From Candidatus Eiseniibacteriota bacterium (GTDB lineage Bacteria > Eisenbacteria > RBG-16-71-46 > JABDJR01 > JAWXBZ01), in contig JAWXBZ010000168.1 of NCBI GenBank assembly GCA_034440375.1, forward strand, positions 1 to 11,008: 11,008 nt of DNA. The letters are read 5' to 3'. A program made the translations under genes and the position numbers. Positions 5,229-11,008 of this stretch are shown piece after piece. The notes beneath the pieces are model-generated. The model had not been told where the DNA came from. It ran no database searches and saw only the letters and a program-made list of their open reading frames with translations. Position 1 is the stretch's first letter, and each line of letters opens with the position of its first letter.

Positions 5229-7223
5229 TCACCGGACCAGCGTCATGGTCTTCGTCTCGCGGCGCGTCGCCGTGGCGAGTCGGTAGAAGTAGACGCCCTG
5301 GCTGACCTCGCGACCATGATCGTCGGTGCCGTCCCAGGTCTGCTCGTACACACCGGGCGCGAAGGGGGCTTCGACGAGGCGGCGGACCAGGCGGCCGTGC
5401 ACGTCGAAGATGCCGATTGTAGCTAAGCCCGTCTCGCCGATCTCGAAAGCCAGGCGCGTGGCTGGGGTGAACGGATTCGGATAGTTGCCGACCAGGCGAC
5501 TGATGGTGGGTCTCGTGCCGTCGCCGGGGACGCCGGAAGTGGCCTGAGTATGGGCGGTCAAACGCCAGACGACGTTGGACAGATTGGTCTGGCCGGGCAG
5601 GCTCTCGTCGCGCGTGGTGAAGGTGAGGTCGGCCGTGTAGGTCGTGTTGTCGGCGGCGCCCGTGTCGTCGAAGTGAATGGTCCAGCCCGCCGGCGTCCCG
5701 GCCACGAGAGCGGGGGTGAAGCCGCCCACGATCGAGAATCGAGCGGCATCCGGTCCGGTGAACGAGGCGCCATAAACGTCCAGCTGTGCCTGCAGGGCAT
5801 CGTAACCGCTGTTGTGCACCTGGACGGCGCCGTCCGTGAACATGCCAACCGGGTGACTGCCGAAGTCGAGCGTATCGAGCGTCGCAACCGGCGTCATCAC
5901 GACCGAAGGCACCGCGTGACGGACCACGGTCCCGGACAGGGCCACCAATTTCGTCGGGTTGTCGACATCATCGGTGCTGATGCTCAGGTTGCCATTCTTG
6001 TTGCCGATCGTGGCCGTCAGCATGCCGATCGTGTGGTTCTGACCGAGCCCGGCGTTGACGTTCTGCGTCCCGCCGGGTGAGGTGAAGCCGACCGGCGCCA
6101 CGAAGGTGTAGGTCAGTTCGTCCGCCGGGGCCACCGCCACGTTGTTGACCGCCAGCATCTGGTTGGCGGTGGCGCCGATGATGACCGTGCCGAAATTGAG
6201 CGAGGCCACGACACCGATCCTGGCCGGCACCTGGATGGTCATGATGACCGGCATGTGATCCGAAGCCTCGTGCAGCGCGCCGGCCATGGCGGCCCCCTCC
6301 GGGATCACCGGTGGCGCATTGATCGCCAGATTGAAGTGCATTCCGTCATTGCCGTAGCAATCATAGGTTCCAGGGACGTAGGACATCCCCTCGGCGTCCA
6401 GCATGGCGGCGGAGGCCAGGATGAAATCGAAGCGATCATCCATTCCGCCGGTGGCCCCGCCGTAGGGGTTTGTGGCGGTTTTGGGGCTCTGGGTATGAAT
6501 CGATGAGAAGCCGGCGTTGTTGTTCCAGCTGCCGGGGGTATTGATGGGATCGAAAAGCCGTCCGTCGTCATCCGCCTCATCAGCCAGAAGTCGCTGATAC
6601 GACGCCTCGCTGCTGGATTGGATGTTGAAATCACCACAGCCGAGAAAATTGGTACCGGGGGCCAGGGTGTTCATCCGATTGCGCCAGCGGTTGCACTCAT
6701 CGAGTCGCTGCGCCTGATCTGCGCTCGTGGAGCTGGCCTTCAGGTGGGCGGAATAGAGATGCAGATTCGCCGCGCTTGACGTGTAGCCATCGGGACGCAG
6801 GACAAAGTGATGGATCGCCCGAAGCGGCGTCCCAATGGTGTCGGCGGACACAAAGTCGAAGGCGGCCGTGCGGTAGTAGAGGGCGTTGTTGGTGTCGCTT
6901 CCGTGAATCCAGGGCCCCGCCGCGTACTCCCCGGGAAATTGCGCATTGAGGATATTGGTCAGGAACTGGTTCATCCCGGTGTCCGGAGTTCCGGTCACTT
7001 CCTGGACAACCATGACATCGGGATGAAGGGCCGCCACGATGGTACGAAACTCATCCTCCCGGACGGCACCGCTCGCCGCGGGATAGTTCAAGATGTTGTA
7101 ATTCAATACTTTAAGTGCAAGCGCGGATCTGTCTCCGCACAGGCTGCCCGACAGGATGACCAGTGCCGGAATCAGGCTGCGATACAGGTGGCGGCCAGCG
7201 AGGCGGGGGTAGCGGACAGGCAT
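5229..7223 (-). CDS. Secreted endonuclease/exonuclease/phosphatase (EEP, DNase I-like) protein with two Ig-like domains and a C-terminal FlgD-Ig/T9SS-type sorting domain
   Basis: A signal peptide ends at SALA. EEP motifs NYNI, DVMVVQE, HLKA, GDFN, DRFDFIL and SDH are present, followed by two L(N/D)FG-initiated beta-rich repeats and the YPNPF...IFDVHGRLVR...WDG.D..G..V..GVYFYRL tail. The start is reassigned to ATG 7223 (GGAG RBS) because the longer ORF overlaps the next gene. Confidence 0.9.
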   Translation of the reverse strand: MPVRYPRLAGRHLYRSLIPALVILSGSLCGDRSALALKVLNYNILNYPAASGAVREDEFRTIVAALHPDVMVVQEVTGTPDTGMNQFLTNILNAQFPGEYAAGPWIHGSDTNNALYYRTAAFDFVSADTIGTPLRAIHHFVLRPDGYTSSAANLHLYSAHLKASSTSADQAQRLDECNRWRNRMNTLAPGTNFLGCGDFNIQSSSEASYQRLLADEADDDGRLFDPINTPGSWNNNAGFSSIHTQSPKTATNPYGGATGGMDDRFDFILASAAMLDAEGMSYVPGTYDCYGNDGMHFNLAINAPPVIPEGAAMAGALHEASDHMPVIMTIQVPARIGVVASLNFGTVIIGATANQMLAVNNVAVAPADELTYTFVAPVGFTSPGGTQNVNAGLGQNHTIGMLTATIGNKNGNLSISTDDVDNPTKLVALSGTVVRHAVPSVVMTPVATLDTLDFGSHPVGMFTDGAVQVHNSGYDALQAQLDVYGASFTGPDAARFSIVGGFTPALVAGTPAGWTIHFDDTGAADNTTYTADLTFTTRDESLPGQTNLSNVVWRLTAHTQATSGVPGDGTRPTISRLVGNYPNPFTPATRLAFEIGETGLATIGIFDVHGRLVRRLVEAPFAPGVYEQTWDGTDDHGREVSQGVYFYRLATATRRETKTMTLVR

Positions 7224-7280
7224 GACGTGGTGTCTCCCGGAGTTGTCAGGGCCCTGTAACGGGTATTGGCATTCCGGAAA

Positions 7281-7289
7281 AGTATAGCA
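7281..7289 (-). promoter_or_regulatory. Extended -10 promoter for the EEP gene
   Basis: Minus strand TGcTATACT in the intergenic gap, about 57 nt upstream of ATG 7223. Confidence 0.5.
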
Positions 7290-7326
7290 CCGGGACCCAC
7301 GGACCGGCCCGGCGGAGGGGTCGAAT

Positions 7327-7797
7327 TCAGGCCACTTTTTTCTGTACCGTTGGTCCGGGGCTTCGAGAGGCGATGGGGTGCGCCTGAGCATGTGGACCCG
7401 CCAGGACATCGCTCGTGGCTGTTTGGAGGACAAAAATCTTCTCGTGCTGACTCTCGGGATCATCCGGAAAGAGGAAAAACCCGGGTTTCTCCGGACGATA
7501 GGAAAGGGCGTAGCCGGTCATTGTTTCCCCGTCCATGAAACGGACCACAAGGCGCTTGCCGTCTCGTGTCGGATCGGGCGCCGGGGCATAGGCGGTCGGG
7601 GTTTCAGATTCTGATCCGGGCTCGTGTCGGGGGAAGAAGAGGGCCTTCAAGTCGGCGAGCCGGACTTCGACCCCACGACCACATCCGTCCGGCGTCACCC
7701 AGAAGGTGGGCCTCTCCGGTGTGAAATCGACAGTCGTGCCGCGGAGAACCAGCCCCGAGGCCATGCGGGCCACAACGTAGCGGTCACGGGTGGACAT
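7327..7797 (-). CDS. Conserved hypothetical protein (DUF6982-like from recall) with two internal beta-rich repeats
   Basis: VVAR..G.VLRG.T.DF.P.RPTF, L.DLKALFF and LVVRF.DGE.M.G....Y.P.KPGFFLFP.DP.S..EKIFV motifs. A GGAG RBS lies upstream of ATG 7797. Confidence 0.8.
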   Translation of the reverse strand: MSTRDRYVVARMASGLVLRGTTVDFTPERPTFWVTPDGCGRGVEVRLADLKALFFPRHEPGSESETPTAYAPAPDPTRDGKRLVVRFMDGETMTGYALSYRPEKPGFFLFPDDPESQHEKIFVLQTATSDVLAGPHAQAHPIASRSPGPTVQKKVA

Positions 7798-7984
7798 GGT
7801 TCGATGGGGCTCCCTGAACGAGTGATCGGTCAAAAAAACAGGAGAACAGCGTCGTCGGTGGAAATTATCGGACGCGAACCACCGTGCATGAAGAATTTTC
7901 ACGTCAGGAACGATTCGCGTCGGATTGCGCCGGGGCCGACTCGAGAGCGGCCGTTCATCAACTATTCAAAGACCAGCCATCAAT

Positions 7985-8001
7985 TTGGCATCGAAAGTGC
8001 T
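7985..8001 (+). promoter_or_regulatory. Sigma54 (-24/-12) promoter
   Basis: TTGGCATCGAAAGTGCT has exact GG-N10-GC spacing and is close to the TGGCAC-N5-TTGC consensus. It sits in an intergenic region. Confidence 0.6.
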
Positions 8002-8072
8002 TCATCCTATGTTTCGAACAGGTCAGTCAGGCCGGATTGCCCGGTCGACCAACCCCTTCGACGAGGCTCATC

Positions 8073-8225
8073 ATGATGCTGCCCGACTCGGTGGAACTGC
8101 TGGTTCTGGTCCTTGGACTGGTTATCCTAATGTGGGACAATCAACTACAGGGCCGCCACCCCCGGCTTTCACTCCGGAACACGGTCGCCCGACCGGCCGG
8201 ATCGCGCTCGCGCCGATCCAGTTAG
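8073..8225 (+). CDS. Putative small membrane protein (50 aa)
   Basis: GAGG lies 6 nt before the ATG. MMLPDSVELLVLVLGLVILMW forms a hydrophobic segment followed by an Arg-rich tail. The ORF is flanked by a sigma54 promoter and a hairpin. Confidence 0.5.
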   Translation: MMLPDSVELLVLVLGLVILMWDNQLQGRHPRLSLRNTVARPAGSRSRRSS

Positions 8226-8233
8226 AGGACCCC

Positions 8234-8258
8234 CCCGCTCCGGAGAGCGGGCCCTTTT
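8234..8258 (+). terminator. Putative intrinsic terminator after the small ORF
   Basis: CCCGCTC-cgga-GAGCGGG stem-loop followed by cccTTTT. Confidence 0.45.
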
Positions 8259-8426
8259 GCCCATTTAGCCGGGCGGGAAGCCCCATCCCCCTTATCATTC
8301 CATGACTGTCTGTTCATTTCAGTCAACATCCCACCCCTCCCAAACGTCTGAACGCACCGGGTAAAATCTCTCGTCGCCCGCTCCTGCCATCCGTCCTGTC
8401 GTCCTCGTTTGCCTTTCGGGGGATCC

Positions 8427-11008
8427 ATGCGAATCCGTCGGTCCGTCCTCTTGTTTCTTGTCCTTACGATCGGTAGCGCAGCGGCTGTACGAGCCGGGTC
8501 GTGCCCATCCCACGCCGGGCCCGAATCTCCCGATGCCGCAGGCTCCGAAGTCGTGACGTCGCACGGGGGCGCTTCCTGTCCCTGCCATGAGGCGGAGGCA
8601 TGGATGAGTTCGCTCGGCACGTTTTCGGTGAGCGCCGCGATGGACATGGAAGTCGGGCACTCCCATTTTCTGCGCTCCCTGTCCGACGCCGGAAGTGACA
8701 GCGCCGCAGCCGACACCACGAAGGCCACCGGAGCGAAGAAAGACGAGGAGGCCAAGGACTGGTTCGTGAACATGGCCCACGGCCCATCCGACACCGTCCG
8801 GTTCAACGTGACGGAAGGGACCTGGATGTCGTCCGACGTGAACCCGGATGGGAAAACAATCGTATTCGATCTCCTCGGCGACCTGTACACGCTGCCGGTT
8901 TCCGGCGGCTGGGCCACACGCCTGACCAGCGGCCCGGCCTGGGATTCCCAGCCGCGCTGGTCGCCGGACGGCAAGCGGCTCTCGTTCACCAGCGATCGAG
9001 GCGGCAGCGACAACATCTGGATCATGAGCGCCGACGCCACCGGCCTTCGGCCGGTGACACAGGAAAAGTCAACGATGAACACCGCCAGCTGGAGCCCGGA
9101 TGGCGAGTGGCTGGTGGCCAAGAAGCGGCTCACCGACTTCAGCTCCATCGGAACCGCGGAACTCTGGATGATCAATATCCGCGGCGGTTCGGGGCTCCCG
9201 GTCACGGTGAAGGGGGAGTTGCCGGAGGCGGGCGAACCGATCGTTTCCCCCGATGGACGCTATGTGTATTTCAGCGCCCGCCCCAGCCGCTACGCCTACA
9301 ATCGAAATGTCTTCGCCGGCATTTACCAGATCCGCCGCTGGGACAAGACCACCGGCGATCAGATCACGCTCACCGACGGCTACGGCGGCTCCGGCCGGCC
9401 ACAACTCTCCCCCGACGGCAGGACGCTGGCCTTCGTGCGGCGCGATCGGCTGAAATCGGTCCTGTACCTCTACGACCTGGAGAGTCGATCCGAGCGCCCG
9501 CTCTGGGACGGTCTCGACCAGGACATGCAGGAGAACTTCGCCTGGACCGGCATCTACCCCGGCTACTCCTTCATGCCGGACGGTCGATCGATCGTTCTGA
9601 CGGCACAGGGTGGCTTCTGGAAGATTGACACGACCACCGGCCGGGCGGACCGCATCCCCTTTCAGGCCGACATCGAACAGGTCGTGGCGAAGGCTCTCCG
9701 CTTCCCGCGCGAAATTGGTTCCGACCAGTTCCGCGTGCGGATGATCTCCTGGCCGACACAATCGCCTGATGGCAAGAGTCTGATCTTCGCCGCCATCGGC
9801 AGCCTCTGGTCCATGTCGCTTCCGGGCGGTAACGCCCGAAAGCTCGAAACCAGGGGTGGCCTTGCCTACGCGCCCGCCTTCTCCCGGGACGGGCGATCGC
9901 TGGCCTATGTCTCCTGGAGCGATACCGAGGGTGGCCACGTCTGGAAGATGCCGGCGGGGGGCGGCGCCTCGACGCGCCTCACGAACGTGTCATCGCAGTA
10001 TTCGAACCCGGCGTTCAGCCCCGACGGATCGAAGATCGTCTGCATCCGCGGCGACAACAGTCCGTTTCGTGGCCATGACCTGGTAGGCGAAAGCTATCAG
10101 CAGGTGATCTGGCTGCCCTCCTCGCCCGTCAGCGGTTCAGGGAGCCCGGCCACCTGGATCATCGACATCCCGACCCGCGGCTCGGCCCGGCGGATGCCCC
10201 GCCCCTTCTTCAGCGCCGACAACCAGCGGATTTTCTATCTCGAAACACAACCGGATGGGCCTGGCAGCGAAAAATCCTCGCTCTGGTCGGTCCGGGTGGA
10301 CGGCCTCGACAAGATTGAACACCTGAAATTCACCTACGCCGACGAGGTCGTGCCAAGCCCCGACGGCCGGTGGGCGGCGTACACCGAGCAGTTCAACGCC
10401 TATCTCACTGCCCTGCCGGGGAGCGGCCGGAAGCCGATCACGATTGCCGGCGAGGGCGGCGCGGTGCCGGTCAAGAAATTCACCGGCGACCAGGGAGCCG
10501 AGTGGGTCAACTGGGCGAATGACGGCGAGACGATTACCTGGTCCTACGGTCCGAACTTCTATCGCACGAGTCTCGACTCGGTCCTGGCCTCGTGGGATCG
10601 TGAGAAGTTGAAAGCCGGCGAGAAGTCCGTGCCCAAGCCGAAGGAGGCGAAGGCCGACACCTCGACCGCCAGGGCTCAAGCCGACACCCTGACCGCCAAG
10701 GCCAAGGAGCCGGCAGAACCGACGCTGGCCGTCGATTCGCTGGTCGTCAACCTCTGGCTTCCCCGGGCCGCGCCATCCGGCGGCACGGTGGCCCTGACCA
10801 ATGCCCGCCTCATCACGATGAAGGGCGATGAGGTCATCGAGAACGGCACCATCGTGATCGACGGCAACCGAATCACGACCATCGGTCCGTCCTCATCGGT
10901 CAAGGCGCCCGCGCGCGCGCGTGTCATCGACTGCGCCGGCAAGACCATCATGCCCGGCATGATCGACACCCATGCTCATCTCCACTACAACGCCATGGAT
11001 ATCATCCC
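8427..11008 (+). CDS. Secreted PD40/TolB-like beta-propeller plus amidohydrolase family protein, 3' end beyond the window
   Basis: Manual translation of both ends from ATG 8427 keeps the same frame. It shows the signal peptide MRIRRSVLLFLVLTIGSAAAVRA, then EGTWMSSDVNPDGKTIVFDLLGDLY, repeated (W/F/L)SPDG motifs, and finally ALTNARLITMKGDEVIENGTIVIDGNRI...DCAGKTIMPGMIDTHAH with a metal-binding HxH. Its absence from the ORF track is consistent with no stop inside the window. Confidence 0.92.
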   Translation, partial: MRIRRSVLLFLVLTIGSAAAVRAGSCPSHAGPESPDAAGSEVVTSHGGASCPCHEAEAWMSSLGTFSVSAAMDMEVGHSHFLRSLSDAGSDSAAADTTKATGAKKDEEAKDWFVNMAHGPSDTVRFNVTEGTWMSSDVNPDGKTIVFDLLGDLYTLPVSGGWATRLTSGPAWDSQPRWSPDGKRLSFTSDRGGSDNIWIMSADATGLRPVTQEKSTMNTASWSPDGEWLVAKKRLTDFSSIGTAELWMINIRGGSGLPVTVKGELPEAGEPIVSPDGRYVYFSARPSRYAYNRNVFAGIYQIRRWDKTTGDQITLTDGYGGSGRPQLSPDGRTLAFVRRDRLKSVLYLYDLESRSERPLWDGLDQDMQENFAWTGIYPGYSFMPDGRSIVLTAQGGFWKIDTTTGRADRIPFQADIEQVVAKALRFPREIGSDQFRVRMISWPTQSPDGKSLIFAAIGSLWSMSLPGGNARKLETRGGLAYAPAFSRDGRSLAYVSWSDTEGGHVWKMPAGGGASTRLTNVSSQYSNPAFSPDGSKIVCIRGDNSPFRGHDLVGESYQQVIWLPSSPVSGSGSPATWIIDIPTRGSARRMPRPFFSADNQRIFYLETQPDGPGSEKSSLWSVRVDGLDKIEHLKFTYADEVVPSPDGRWAAYTEQFNAYLTALPGSGRKPITIAGEGGAVPVKKFTGDQGAEWVNWANDGETITWSYGPNFYRTSLDSVLASWDREKLKAGEKSVPKPKEAKADTSTARAQADTLTAKAKEPAEPTLAVDSLVVNLWLPRAAPSGGTVALTNARLITMKGDEVIENGTIVIDGNRITTIGPSSSVKAPARARVIDCAGKTIMPGMIDTHAHLHYNAMDII
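10653..10706 (+). repeat. 27-bp in-frame imperfect tandem duplication in an interdomain linker
   Basis: GCCGACACCTCGACCGCCAGGGCTCAA / GCCGACACCCTGACCGCCAAGGCCAAG, encoding ADTSTARAQ / ADTLTAKAK. Confidence 0.65.

Noticed and set aside
7224-7463. 80-aa N-terminal extension of the 744-aa ORF
   Set aside because: It overlaps the DUF6982-like gene. The signal peptide, RBS and promoter all point to ATG 7223.
8820-10400. Recurrent TCGCCGGACGG/AGCCCGGATGG-like motifs as a possible DNA repeat array or CRISPR
   Set aside because: They encode the SPDG motif of PD40 repeats, with irregular spacing and synonymous variation.
8222-10969. Several long minus-strand ORFs (327, 289, 180 and 97 aa)
   Set aside because: Antisense shadows of the GC-rich plus-strand propeller-amidohydrolase gene.
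1-11008. tRNA, rRNA, integrase/transposase or CRISPR array
   Set aside because: None detected by eye. GGTTCAACTC at 3283-3292 resembles a T-loop but has no supporting cloverleaf or CCA end.

Overview
GC-rich bacterial chromosomal window. From left to right it holds: the start of an alternative complex III operon on the minus strand (pentaheme actA plus the 5' end of actB); a hypothetical gene coupled to an alpha/beta hydrolase; a divergent winged-helix-like gene and yajQ; and a roughly 1.8 kb accessory island (about 3280-5150, minus strand). The island carries a small wHTH ORF and a three-gene operon: HicA toxin, HicB antitoxin with an unusual ~65-aa C-terminal tail, and a translationally coupled beta-rich protein of unknown function. 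Its sigma70 promoter contains a perfect operator palindrome. After the island come a secreted EEP-family nuclease/phosphatase with Ig-like and FlgD/T9SS-like C-terminal domains, a DUF6982-like gene, a sigma54-type promoter ahead of a 50-aa putative membrane peptide, and a 3'-truncated PD40-propeller/amidohydrolase fusion that is absent from the ORF track. The best candidate for an undescribed system is the tripartite HicA/extended-HicB/third-gene module. It mirrors toxin-antitoxin-chaperone (TAC) architecture, but its third component does not look like SecB. All family assignments come from motif recognition, not from database searches.
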